Of a stretch of DNA of 8,588 bases, positions 1 through 8,222 are shown in pieces. The notes under the pieces were generated by a model, which made no database searches, was not told the DNA's origin, and saw only the letters and a program-made list of their open reading frames with translations. The stretch lies in IMG/VR virus record IMGVR_UViG_2563366821_000008; one strand, written 5' to 3'. Position 1 is the first letter of the stretch, and each line of letters starts with the position of its first letter. A program made the translations under genes and the position numbers. This DNA is from a virus (Duplodnaviria > Heunggongvirae > Uroviricota > Caudoviricetes).

Positions 1-612
1 CAACGATTTGGCCGCCGCCTCAGCCTGTATGTGAACACGGCAGCGGAAGCCATTCGCGCCCTGTCGATGCAGATGCCGGGCTTTCGCCGTCAGATGAACG
101 AAGGCTGGTACCAGATACGTATTGCCGGTGATGACACGGCACCGGAGGCGGTGTACGCCCGTCTTCACGAACAGCTGGGTGAGGGAACGGTCATCCACAT
201 TGTGCCGCGACTGGCCGGGGCCGGAAAGGGTGGACTGCAGATTGTGCTGGGGGCGGCAGCCATCGTGGGCTCTTTCTTCACGGCCGGTGCCTCGATGGCG
301 TTATGGGGTACAGCCCTGAGTGCCGGCGGTTTTTCTGCCACCACGATGCTGTTTTCACTGGGGGCCAGCATGATACTGGGCGGTGTGGCCCAGATGCTGG
401 CCCCGAAGGCAAAAACACCGGATTACCGCGCAACGGATAACGGCAGACAGAACACGTACTTTTCCTCACTGGATAACATGATTGCCCAGGGGAACCCGAT
501 GCCGGTGCCTTACGGGGAAATGCTGGTTGGCTCCCGCCGTATATCCCAGGACATCAGCACCCGTGATGAAGGCGGGGGCGGAAAGGTCGTGGTTATCGGG
601 CGGCAGGGGTAA
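1..612 (+). CDS. I: Tail assembly protein I (lambda gpI family), 5'-truncated by the window edge
   Basis: Frame 1 is open from base 1 (QRFGRRLSLYVNTAAEAIRAL...) to TAA at 610-612. The translation has a Gly/Ala-rich hydrophobic centre (GGLQIVLGAAAIVGSFFTAGAS...FSLGASMILGGVAQMLAPKA) and ...QNTYFSSLDNMIAQGN...YGEM.VGSR tail, which match my recollection of lambda gpI. It sits immediately upstream of J. Confidence 0.88.
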   Translation, partial: QRFGRRLSLYVNTAAEAIRALSMQMPGFRRQMNEGWYQIRIAGDDTAPEAVYARLHEQLGEGTVIHIVPRLAGAGKGGLQIVLGAAAIVGSFFTAGASMALWGTALSAGGFSATTMLFSLGASMILGGVAQMLAPKAKTPDYRATDNGRQNTYFSSLDNMIAQGNPMPVPYGEMLVGSRRISQDISTRDEGGGGKVVVIGRQG

Positions 613-626
613 AAAGAATAAAAAAA

Positions 627-658
627 TCCCGCAGTGATCGCGGACAGGAACTGCGGGA
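627..658 (-). terminator. Intrinsic-terminator-like hairpin, oriented for - strand transcription
   Basis: Perfect 8-bp stem tcccgcag (627-634) / ctgcggga (651-658) with a 16-nt loop. On the + strand it is preceded by an A-run (620-626), so on the - strand the stem is followed by U7. It lies 15 bp downstream of the I stop codon. Confidence 0.5.
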
Positions 659-822
659 GAGTTACGAAGATTAAGTGTAAGGAATTATTCTTATATCACG
701 ACAAAAAAATTAACGCAGAGAAATTATACGCGCCACAGTCAGTTTGTGAAAATGTGAAGATATTCAGAATTTTTATGCCATTACCGGTTTTAACCAACAG
801 GATTATCGGTGGGCATGAAAGA

Positions 823-858
823 AAACCCCGGTATCTGCTGATACCGGGGTTTCTCTTT
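823..858. terminator. Strong hairpin with pyrimidine/T-rich tracts on both sides (possible bidirectional terminator or structured RNA element)
   Basis: Perfect 10-bp stem ccccggtatc (826-835) / gataccgggg (840-849) with a 4-nt loop tgct, extendable by three A:T pairs (823-825 with 850-852). + strand 3' flank is tttctcttt; - strand 3' flank is ttttctttc. Confidence 0.45.
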
Positions 859-955
859 AGCATGGCAGAAATGTGTTTCATGCTTTTCGGGCGAAGGATA
901 TCCGACTTCTGTACGGAATGGCAAGTGGCGGTTAATTTATTCAGGGGAAGGCTGT

Positions 956-3900
956 ATGGGAAAAGGTGGCGGTAAGGCACACACGCCTCGTGAGGCGAAG
1001 GATAATCTCAAATCCACGCAGATGATGAGTGTGATTGATGCGATTGGTGAGGGACCGATAGAAGGTCCGGTGAAGGGACTGCAGAGTATTCTGGTGAACA
1101 AAACCCCGCTGACGGACACGGACGGTAATCCCGTGATACACGGTGTGACTGCGGTCTGGCGTGCCGGGGAGCAGGAGCAGACACCACCGGAAGGCTTTGA
1201 GTCCTCCGGAGCTGAAACCGGACTGGGCGTGGAAGTGACGAAGGCAAAACCGGTGACGCGCACCATTACGTCCGCGAACATTGACCGCCTGCGGGTTACC
1301 TTCGGGGTGCAGTCACTGGTGCAGACCACGTCAAAGGGCGACCGTAATCCTTCCTCTGTCCGGATTCTGATTCAGTTACAGCGTAATGGCCGCTGGGTGA
1401 CGGAAAAGGATGTCACCATTAACGGCAAGACCACCTCGCAGTTCCTGGCCTCGGTGATTCTGGATAATCTGCCTCCCCGGCCCTTTAACATCCGGATGGT
1501 CAGGGAGACGGCGGACAGCACCACGGACCAGCTGCAGAATAAGACGCTGTGGTCGTCATACACCGAAATCATCGATGTGAAACAGTGCTACCCGAACACG
1601 GCCATTGTGGGGCTGCAGGTGGATGCGGAGCAGTTCGGCGGCCAGCAGATGACGGTGAACTACCATATCCGCGGTCGCATCATCCAGGTGCCGTCAAACT
1701 ATGACCCGGAAAAACGCACGTACAGTGGTATCTGGGACGGCAGCCTGAAACCGGCATACAGCAACAACCCGGCCTGGTGTCTGTGGGACATGCTGACTCA
1801 CCCGCGCTACGGCATGGGAAAACGTCTGGGGGCGGCGGATGTGGACAAGTGGGCGCTGTATGCCATCGGGCAGTACTGCGACCAGACGGTCCCGGATGGT
1901 TTCGGGGGGACCGAGCCGCGGATGACCTTTAATGCGTACCTGGCACAACAGCGTAAGGCGTGGGACGTTCTCAGTGATTTCTGCTCTGCGATGCGCTGTA
2001 TGCCGGTATGGAACGGCCAGACGCTGACGTTCGTTCAGGACCGTCCGTCGGATGTGGTGTGGCCGTACACCAACAGCGATGTGGTGGTGGATGATAACGG
2101 CGTGGGTTTCCGCTACAGCTTCAGTGCCCTGAAGGACCGGCACACGGCAGTGGAGGTGAATTACACCGACCCGCAGAACGGCTGGCAGACCTCCACGGAA
2201 CTGGTGGAAGACCCGGAAGCCATACTGCGCTACGGACGCAACCTGCTGAAGATGGACGCGTTCGGCTGTACCAGCCGCGGTCAGGCCCACCGTGCCGGGC
2301 TGTGGGTGATAAAGACCGAACTGCTGGAAACGCAGACGGTGGATTTCACGCTCGGGTCACAGGGGCTGCGTCACACACCCGGTGACATCATTGAAATCTG
2401 TGATAACGACTATGCCGGGACCATGACCGGCGGACGTGTCCTGTCCATCGATGCCGCCAGCCGTACCCTGACGCTGGACCGGGAGGTGACACTGCCGGAG
2501 ACCGGCACGGCCACTGTTAATCTGATTAACGGCAGCGGTAAGCCGGCGAGCGTGGCCATCACCGCACACCCCGCGCCTGACCGGATACAGGTCAGCACCC
2601 TGCCGGATGGTGTGGAGACATACGGTGTGTGGGGACTCTCCCTGCCGTCACTGCGTCGTCGCCTGTTCCGCTGTGTCTCCATCCGGGAAAACACGGACGG
2701 CACCTTTGCCATCACGGCGGTGCAGCACGTACCTGAAAAAGAAGCCATCGTGGATAACGGGGCCCGCTTTGAGCCGCAGTCAGGCACCCTGAACAGCGTT
2801 ATCCCACCGGCAGTGCAGCACCTGACGGTGGAGGTGAGTGCAGCTGACGGTCAGTATCTGGCACAGGCGAAATGGGACACGCCGCGGGTGGTGAAGGGTG
2901 TGCGCTTCAGTCTGCGTCTGACCAGCGGAAGCGGAGAAGACAGCCGTCTGGTGAGCACCGCCAGCACCGCAGACACGGAGCACCGTTTCAGCGGTCTGCC
3001 GCTGGGGGAATACACCCTGACGGTGCGGGCCATTAACAGCTACGGCCAGCAGGGCGAACCTGCGACCACCACCTTCCGGATTAACGCGCCTGCAAAACCC
3101 GCCACCATTGAGCTGACGCCGGGGTATTTTCAGATAACGGCGGTACCGGTGCTGGCGGTGTATGACCCGACGGTGCAGTTTGAGTTCTGGTTTTCGGAAA
3201 AACGCATCACGAACACGGCACAGGTGGAAAAATCTGCCCGTTATCTGGGGACCGGCAGTCAGTGGACTGTCCAGGGCGATCGGATTAAGCCGGGGATGGA
3301 TTTCTGGTTTTATGTGCGCAGTGTCAACCTGGTGGGCAAGTCTGCATTTGTGGAAGCCAGCGGGCAGGCCAGCAATGATGCAAAAGGGTATCTGGAATTT
3401 TTCCGTGGTCTGATAGATGAGACGCTGCTGGGGCAGGCACTGAAAAAGCGCATTGATGCGTCAGCCCTGCGATCGGATGTCACTCAACTGGAAGAGAATA
3501 TCGGACAACTGGAAGAAGACATCCGTCAGCGGATGGACACGGATATTGCGGAAGTGACCCGGAAAATCGGGGAGGCGGAAAACAGCCTCACGCAGCTGGT
3601 TGCGAAAAAGAATGAGGATCAGACGCTGGCCATCGCGCAGGTGAGTCAGAAAGTGGACCGTGTCAGCAGTGAAATCTCACAGACGGTCAGTCAGAGCAGT
3701 GAGGAAAATACCCGACAGATAGCACAGGTCCGCCAGTACGTGGACAAAAAGCAAAGTGAAATCAAGCAGACAGTCAGCCAGGGCCAGTCAGAAAACGCCC
3801 GGCAGATAGCACAGGTCCGTCAGTACGTGGATGAAAAAGGGAGTGAAATTGCCTCGACCACGGATAAAAAACTGGGTGACCAGGCCGTGACCATACAGCA

Positions 3901-4756
3901 AATCCAGCGGGTTCAGTCAGACACGCGCGATAATCTGAATGCCATGTATATGCTGAAGGTGCAGAAAACGAAGAAGGGTATTCCGTATGTGGCCGGGATT
4001 GGCGCGGGGATCGAGGATGTCGATGGTCAGACGCTGAGTAACATTCTGCTGCAGGCCGATCGCATTGCGATGATTACTCCGGAGAACGGTAACACCACGC
4101 CGTTATTTGTGGCGCAGGGGAATCAGCTGTTCATGAACGACGTGTTCCTGAAGCGACTGTTTGCGGTGAGCATCACGTCATCCGGCAATCCTCCGACGTT
4201 TTCCCTGACGCCGGATGGCAGGCTGACAGCCCGCAATGCGGATATCAGTGGAGCCATCACGGCGAATACCGGCACGCTCAATAATGTCACCATTAACGAG
4301 AACTGTGTCATCAGAGGGAAACTGTCTGCAAACCAGATTGAAGGCGATCTCGTTAAAACAGTGGGTAAGGCTTTCCCCCGTGACTCCCGTGCACCGAAGC
4401 GTTGGCCATCAGGAACCATTACCGTCAGGGTTTATGACGATCAGCCGTTTAACCGGCAGATTGTTATTCCGGCGGTGGCTTTCAGCGGTGCCAGACATGA
4501 GCGGGAGAACAGCGATACTTATTCGTCATGCCGCCTGATAGTGAAGAAAAACGGTGCTGAAATTTATAACCGTACCGCGATGGATAATACGCTGGTTTAC
4601 AGTGGTGTTATTGATATGCCTGCTGGTCGCGGCCACATGACGCTGGAGTTTTCTGTATCAGCATGGTGGGTAAATGGCTGGTATCCCACAGCAAGTATCA
4701 GCGATTTGCTGGTTGTTGTGATGAAGAAAGCCACTGCAGGCATCACGATTAGCTGA
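956..4756 (+). CDS. J: Host specificity protein J (central tail fibre / tip attachment protein), 1266 aa
   Basis: ATG at 956 preceded by ggggaagg. N-terminus [22 protein letters not shown]..., and motifs such as [51 protein letters not shown] and [32 protein letters not shown], match lambda gpJ as I recall it. It is about 130 aa longer than lambda J (recalled as ~1130 aa) because of an internal coiled-coil expansion. Confidence 0.95.
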   Translation: MGKGGGKAHTPREAKDNLKSTQMMSVIDAIGEGPIEGPVKGLQSILVNKTPLTDTDGNPVIHGVTAVWRAGEQEQTPPEGFESSGAETGLGVEVTKAKPVTRTITSANIDRLRVTFGVQSLVQTTSKGDRNPSSVRILIQLQRNGRWVTEKDVTINGKTTSQFLASVILDNLPPRPFNIRMVRETADSTTDQLQNKTLWSSYTEIIDVKQCYPNTAIVGLQVDAEQFGGQQMTVNYHIRGRIIQVPSNYDPEKRTYSGIWDGSLKPAYSNNPAWCLWDMLTHPRYGMGKRLGAADVDKWALYAIGQYCDQTVPDGFGGTEPRMTFNAYLAQQRKAWDVLSDFCSAMRCMPVWNGQTLTFVQDRPSDVVWPYTNSDVVVDDNGVGFRYSFSALKDRHTAVEVNYTDPQNGWQTSTELVEDPEAILRYGRNLLKMDAFGCTSRGQAHRAGLWVIKTELLETQTVDFTLGSQGLRHTPGDIIEICDNDYAGTMTGGRVLSIDAASRTLTLDREVTLPETGTATVNLINGSGKPASVAITAHPAPDRIQVSTLPDGVETYGVWGLSLPSLRRRLFRCVSIRENTDGTFAITAVQHVPEKEAIVDNGARFEPQSGTLNSVIPPAVQHLTVEVSAADGQYLAQAKWDTPRVVKGVRFSLRLTSGSGEDSRLVSTASTADTEHRFSGLPLGEYTLTVRAINSYGQQGEPATTTFRINAPAKPATIELTPGYFQITAVPVLAVYDPTVQFEFWFSEKRITNTAQVEKSARYLGTGSQWTVQGDRIKPGMDFWFYVRSVNLVGKSAFVEASGQASNDAKGYLEFFRGLIDETLLGQALKKRIDASALRSDVTQLEENIGQLEEDIRQRMDTDIAEVTRKIGEAENSLTQLVAKKNEDQTLAIAQVSQKVDRVSSEISQTVSQSSEENTRQIAQVRQYVDKKQSEIKQTVSQGQSENARQIAQVRQYVDEKGSEIASTTDKKLGDQAVTIQQIQRVQSDTRDNLNAMYMLKVQKTKKGIPYVAGIGAGIEDVDGQTLSNILLQADRIAMITPENGNTTPLFVAQGNQLFMNDVFLKRLFAVSITSSGNPPTFSLTPDGRLTARNADISGAITANTGTLNNVTINENCVIRGKLSANQIEGDLVKTVGKAFPRDSRAPKRWPSGTITVRVYDDQPFNRQIVIPAVAFSGARHERENSDTYSSCRLIVKKNGAEIYNRTAMDNTLVYSGVIDMPAGRGHMTLEFSVSAWWVNGWYPTASISDLLVVVMKKATAGITIS
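3668..3850 (+). repeat. In-frame 87-bp tandem direct repeat (2 full copies plus the start of a third) inside J
   Basis: The motif agtgaaat recurs at 3668, 3755 and 3842 (period 87 bp = 29 codons). Translated copies are [29 protein letters not shown] and [29 protein letters not shown], followed by SEIAST. The nucleotide copies are near-identical in the cagatagcacaggtccg(c/t)cagtacgtgga core. Confidence 0.85.
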
Positions 4757-4774
4757 ATTTTATAACCCCAATAC

Positions 4775-4800
4775 GGGCGCCAGAAATGGCGCCTTTTTTA
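4775..4800 (+). terminator. Rho-independent terminator downstream of J
   Basis: Palindromic stem ggcgcc (4776-4781) / ggcgcc (4788-4793), loop agaaat, followed by tttttt (4794-4799). It begins 19 bp after the J stop codon. Confidence 0.7.
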
Positions 4801-4823
4801 TTGCAGAAAAGCGAGAGGTAATT

Positions 4824-5423
4824 ATGCGTAAATTATGTGCTGCTATTTTGTCCGCAGTAGTCTGGCTGGTTGCCGCTGGTACGCCTGCATGGGCAGCAGA
4901 GCATCAGTCCACACTGAGCGCGGGGTATCTTCATGCCCGTACGAACGCTCCCGGCAGCGATAATCTGAACGGGATTAACGTGAAATACCGTTATGAGTTT
5001 ACGGACACGCTGGGGCTGATTACGTCTTTCAGTTATGCCGACGCAGAGGATGAACAAAAAACGCATTACAACGATACCCGCTGGCATGAAGATTCCGTGC
5101 GTAACCGCTGGTTCAGCGTGATGGCGGGGCCGTCTGTACGCGTGAATGAATGGTTCAGCGCGTATGCGATGGTGGGTGTGGCTTACAGCCGTGTGTCGAC
5201 TTTCTCCGGGGATTATCTCCGCGTAACTGACAACAAGGGGAAAACGCACGATGTGCTGACCGGAAGTGATGACGGTCGCCACAGCAACACGTCTCTGGCG
5301 TGGGGGGCTGGCGTGCAGTTTAACCCGACCGAATCCGTGACCATTGACCTTGCTTATGAAGGTTCCGGTAGTGGCGACTGGCGAACGGATGCATTTATTG
5401 TTGGTATCGGATACCGTTTCTGA
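4824..5423 (+). CDS. lom: Lom-like outer membrane protein (Ail/Lom family 8-strand beta-barrel), 199 aa
   Basis: ATG at 4824 preceded by gagagg. Signal peptide MRKLCAAILSAVVWLVAAGTPAWA with an AxA cleavage motif. GINVKYRYEFTD, SVMAGP, SAYAMVGVAYSR and the C-terminal IDLAYEGSGSGDWRTDAFIVGIGYRF (aromatic terminal residue) match lambda Lom as I recall it. The position directly after J is as in lambda. Confidence 0.9.
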   Translation: MRKLCAAILSAVVWLVAAGTPAWAAEHQSTLSAGYLHARTNAPGSDNLNGINVKYRYEFTDTLGLITSFSYADAEDEQKTHYNDTRWHEDSVRNRWFSVMAGPSVRVNEWFSAYAMVGVAYSRVSTFSGDYLRVTDNKGKTHDVLTGSDDGRHSNTSLAWGAGVQFNPTESVTIDLAYEGSGSGDWRTDAFIVGIGYRF

Positions 5424-5529
5424 CAACAGACGCCGATTTATCTTCTGTAAATATTGTTATGATACGCAGGTTCATCCACCTTATGGGGTGAACTGCGTTT
5501 GAGGAAACGTAAAGTTACACTGTCCTGAA

Positions 5530-5561
5530 GCCCGTGGCGTCACTGCTGCGGGCTTTTTTTA
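5530..5561 (+). terminator. Rho-independent terminator downstream of lom
   Basis: Stem of about 10 bp including G:U pairs (gcccgtggcg / tgctgcgggc) with loop tcac, followed by ttttttt (5554-5560). Immediately upstream of the stf ribosome-binding site. Confidence 0.65.
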
Positions 5562-5574
5562 TTGGTGGAAAAGT

Positions 5575-7641
5575 ATGACAGTAAAAATTTCTGGCGTGCT
5601 TAAAGATGGCACAGGAAAACCAGTACAGAACTGCACCATTGTGCTGAAGGCCAGACGAACCAGCAGCACGGTGGTGGTGAACACGGTGGCCTCTGAAAAT
5701 CCGGATGAAGCCGGACGTTACAGCATGGATGTTGAGCATGGTCAGTACAGCGTCACCCTGCTGGTTGAAGGTTTTCCGCCTTCACATGCCGGGACCATTA
5801 CCGTCTATGAAGGTTCCAGACCAGGTACGCTGAATGATTTTCTCGGCGCCATGACGGAGGATGATGTCCGTCCGGAGGCACTGCGCCGTTTTGAGCTGAT
5901 GGTGAATGAAGTGGCACGTCATGCCGGAGCGTCATCACAGAGTGCAGCGGCGGCAAAGAAATCCGAAACGGCAGCAGCCTCATCGAAGAATGCGGCGAAA
6001 ACCTCAGAAACGAATGCAGCTAACAGCGCACAGGCGGCAGCGGCCTCGCAGACTGCATCGGCAAACTCCGCGACAGCAGCCAAAAAATCAGAAACCAGCG
6101 CGAAAAATAGCGAGACAGCCACAAAGGCCAGCGAAAAAAACGCAAAATCCAGCCAGACGGCAGCGAAAACCAGTGAGACGAATGCCAAAGACAGTGAAGC
6201 CAACGCAAAGGTGAGCGAAACAGCGGCGGCGAACTCGGCGAAAGCATCGGCAGCAAGCCAGACGGCAGCAAAAGCAAGTGAAGATGCTGCCAGAGAATAC
6301 GCAAACCAGACAGCAGAGCCGTACAGATATGTTTTACAGCCGCTGCCGGATGTGTGGATACCCTTTAATGATTCGCTGGATATGATTACGGGCTATTCTC
6401 CGGGTTATAAAAAAGTGAAGATTGGTGATAATGTGGTTCAGGTTGCCAGTGATAAACAGGTTAATTTCAGTCGCGCATCAACGGCAACATATATCAACAA
6501 ATCTGGCGAACTGAAAACGGCGGAAATTAATGAGCCACGATTTGAGTGTGATGGCCTGCTTATTGAGGGGCAAAGAACGAACTTCTTCCCGAACAGTACA
6601 GACCCTTCGAAGTGGAATAAGTCAACTTCACTGGACGTTACAGAAACAGGCACAGATAGTTTCGGGTTTAATTATGGCCGGTTTGTCGTACAGGATTCGA
6701 TTGTTGGTACAAGTAAAGCGCATACCATTATCGGACTGTATTCGAGTACCGGAGGGGTTGATACTTCAGGGGACGAAAAGCATGTAACTATATCCTGTCG
6801 GGTAAAAAGTGAAGTTGATAATATCGCCGTTCGTATTTTATTTGAACATTATGATGGGGAGGTAAGGACATCAATAGGAGCAGCAAACCTGAACCTTACC
6901 ACCCGCATAATTAGCAAGACAGGTCAGACAAGCCGTGTTACAGCAAGGTCTGTTAAGGATGATGCAACTGGCTGGATATTTTTTGAGGCTACATTAAAAG
7001 CAGATACAACAGAAAATACGGTTGGTGGTTTTGTCCAGTATTCTCCGGATACAGGGCAGATGGTTGCATCAGGGGATTATCTCGATGTAACCACTCCACA
7101 GATTGAGGCTGGTACAGGCGCATCATCTTTTATTGTTACGGGGACGGCACCGGTAACGCGGGCAAGCGATATGGTTACAGTTCCGATTAAGAATAATCTT
7201 TATAATCTTCCTTTTACGGTTCTTTGTGAGGTACATAAGAACTGGTATAAAACGCCAAATGCAGCGCCACGTGTTTTTGATACCGGCGGTCATCAAACCG
7301 GAGCGGCTATTATTCTTGGCTTCGGATCTTCGGCAGATGGGCCAGACGGATTTCCTTATTGCGATATTGGTGGATCAAATAGGCGTGTTAACGAAAACGC
7401 ATCGTTGAAAAAAATGGTTATGGGGATGCGTGTAAAGTCAGATCAGTCTACATGTGCAGTAAGTAACGGGCGTATATCCAGCGAAACAAAAACCACATGG
7501 GAATATATCCGGAGTACAGCAATCATTCGCATTGGTGGACAAACTACAGCAGGATTACGCCATTTATTTGGGCATGTGAGGAATTTTCGTCTCTGGCATA
7601 AAGAGCTAACAGATGCGCAGCTTGGGGAGGTTGTGGAGTGA
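5575..7641 (+). CDS. stf: Side tail fibre protein Stf, mosaic: lambda-like N-terminal domain and heptad-repeat shaft joined to a non-lambda C-terminal domain (688 aa)
   Basis: N-terminus MTVKISGVLKDGTGKPVQNCTIVLKAR...GQYSVTLLVEGFPPSHAGTITVYE matches lambda Stf as I recall it. It is followed by an Ala/Ser/Thr/Lys-rich 7-residue repeat shaft, then an AT-richer C-terminal region of about 440 aa ending ...GHVRNFRLWHKELTDAQLGEVVE, which resembles the end motif of LamG-like / concanavalin-like jelly-roll domains (tentative). Confidence 0.9.
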   Translation: MTVKISGVLKDGTGKPVQNCTIVLKARRTSSTVVVNTVASENPDEAGRYSMDVEHGQYSVTLLVEGFPPSHAGTITVYEGSRPGTLNDFLGAMTEDDVRPEALRRFELMVNEVARHAGASSQSAAAAKKSETAAASSKNAAKTSETNAANSAQAAAASQTASANSATAAKKSETSAKNSETATKASEKNAKSSQTAAKTSETNAKDSEANAKVSETAAANSAKASAASQTAAKASEDAAREYANQTAEPYRYVLQPLPDVWIPFNDSLDMITGYSPGYKKVKIGDNVVQVASDKQVNFSRASTATYINKSGELKTAEINEPRFECDGLLIEGQRTNFFPNSTDPSKWNKSTSLDVTETGTDSFGFNYGRFVVQDSIVGTSKAHTIIGLYSSTGGVDTSGDEKHVTISCRVKSEVDNIAVRILFEHYDGEVRTSIGAANLNLTTRIISKTGQTSRVTARSVKDDATGWIFFEATLKADTTENTVGGFVQYSPDTGQMVASGDYLDVTTPQIEAGTGASSFIVTGTAPVTRASDMVTVPIKNNLYNLPFTVLCEVHKNWYKTPNAAPRVFDTGGHQTGAAIILGFGSSADGPDGFPYCDIGGSNRRVNENASLKKMVMGMRVKSDQSTCAVSNGRISSETKTTWEYIRSTAIIRIGGQTTAGLRHLFGHVRNFRLWHKELTDAQLGEVVE
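5935..6300 (+). repeat. Degenerate 21-bp (7-codon) tandem repeat region encoding the Stf shaft
   Basis: The translation parses into heptads (AKTSETN / AANSAQA / AAASQTA / SANSATA / AKKSETS / AKNSETA / TKASEKN / AKSSQTA / AKTSETN / AKDSEAN / AKVSETA ...). The repetition also generates long spurious ORFs in other frames and on the opposite strand. Confidence 0.8.
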
Positions 7642-7916
7642 GAGATTTCACGTTGCGTTTCAGTGATAAAGCAGATTTCAGGGCATTTCTCAGGAAACTT
7701 AACTGGGAAGAGGACGAAGAGCTGCAGAATGCCGTTCTGGTTGATGAGATTGGTTTTACGTTCAGTGAGTCAGGTGTTTCTGCTGACGGGGAGCCAGAAT
7801 ACACGCGAAACGAAGGGTACTTTGTTAATATCCGTCTTCTTGACGATGGCTTTGATGATTCCGTGTTCCGTGAGTGGGTGGTTACACCAGAGCGCCCGCT
7901 CAGGGAGTGGTTTTAA
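7638..7916 (+). CDS. Hypothetical acidic 92-aa protein, translationally coupled to stf (candidate fibre-specific chaperone/assembly factor)
   Basis: GTG start at 7638 overlaps the stf stop (gtGTGa) and is preceded by ggggagg at 7624-7630. There is no in-frame ATG anywhere in the ORF. The protein is highly acidic (many D/E), with no hydrophobic segment. I recognise no family. The overlapping alternative-frame ORF 7663..7965 translates to an Arg/Cys-rich product that does not look protein-like. Confidence 0.6.
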   Translation: MRDFTLRFSDKADFRAFLRKLNWEEDEELQNAVLVDEIGFTFSESGVSADGEPEYTRNEGYFVNIRLLDDGFDDSVFREWVVTPERPLREWF

Positions 7917-7925
7917 GGATAGCAG

Positions 7926-8222
7926 ATGGATATCACGTCGATACTTCATGCAATTTGTGCAGTAGCCGTACAGGGGCTGGTTGGGTGCATTACCGGTGAC
8001 TGGGCTTATGGTGCAGCCATTGCCTGTACGTTTTTTGTTGCCCGCGAATATACCCAGGCAGAATATCGCTGGATTAAGCGTTTTGGTGATGGTCACCGAC
8101 AGAACATGCCGTGGTGGGGCGGTTTTGATCCGCGTGTGTGGAATGTGGCCAGTCTGATGGATTTTGTGGTGCCGGTGGTGGCCTGTGCGGGATTGTATGG
8201 CTGTATGCTGATTTTTAGCTGA
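7926..8222 (+). CDS. Hypothetical small integral membrane protein, 98 aa (2-3 predicted TM segments)
   Basis: ATG at 7926 with aagga 6 nt upstream, 9 bp after the previous stop. Hydrophobic segments ILHAICAVAVQGLVGCI, YGAAIACTFFVA and VASLMDFVVPVVACAGLYGCMLIF. A lipobox-like LVGC occurs at residues 18-21, but the N-region carries no positive charge. A hairpin follows the stop codon. Confidence 0.6.
   Translation: MDITSILHAICAVAVQGLVGCITGDWAYGAAIACTFFVAREYTQAEYRWIKRFGDGHRQNMPWWGGFDPRVWNVASLMDFVVPVVACAGLYGCMLIFS

Noticed and set aside
634-975. 113-aa + strand ORF filling the I-J intergenic insert
   Set aside because: It starts at a GTG inside the stem of the 627-658 hairpin, has no ribosome-binding site, overlaps the well-supported J start, and translates to an odd Arg/Cys/Phe-rich sequence. 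It is most likely a non-coding region.
696-980. 94-aa - strand ORF in the I-J insert (an internal ATG at 879-881 would give a ~61-aa hydrophobic product ending 38 bp before the - strand terminator)
   Set aside because: There is no convincing ribosome-binding site, the 10-bp hairpin lies inside the putative coding region, and the composition is unconvincing. It is kept only as an alternative within the insert finding (a small protein instead of an sRNA) and not called as a CDS.
1694-2290. 198-aa - strand ORF (and other antisense or off-frame ORFs at 937-1329, 2357-2787, 2851-3033, 3162-3413) inside J
   Set aside because: They lie entirely within the strongly supported J reading frame. Their products are Arg/His/Pro-rich, typical of spurious ORFs on the antisense strand of GC-rich coding DNA.
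3668-3850. Tandem repeats considered as a possible CRISPR array or non-coding repeat
   Set aside because: The repeats are in-frame inside J, contiguous with no unique spacers, and encode a coiled-coil peptide repeat. The same reasoning applies to the 21-bp stf repeats at 5935-6300.
4833-5426. 197-aa - strand ORF antisense to lom
   Set aside because: The + strand frame encodes a clear Lom/Ail-family protein with a signal peptide and C-terminal beta-barrel motif. The antisense product has no recognisable features.
5906-6214. Arg/Gln/Lys-rich 102-aa + strand ORF and 94-aa - strand ORF (5919-6203) within stf
   Set aside because: They are artefacts of the 21-bp GC-rich repeat encoding the Stf shaft, where the other frames stay open by chance. 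The Stf frame is continuous and homologous to lambda Stf.
7663-7965. 100-aa + strand ORF overlapping ORF92 in another frame
   Set aside because: It has no ribosome-binding site and the product is Arg/Ser/Cys-rich and not protein-like. The 7638 frame has a strong GGAGG site and overlap-coupling to stf.
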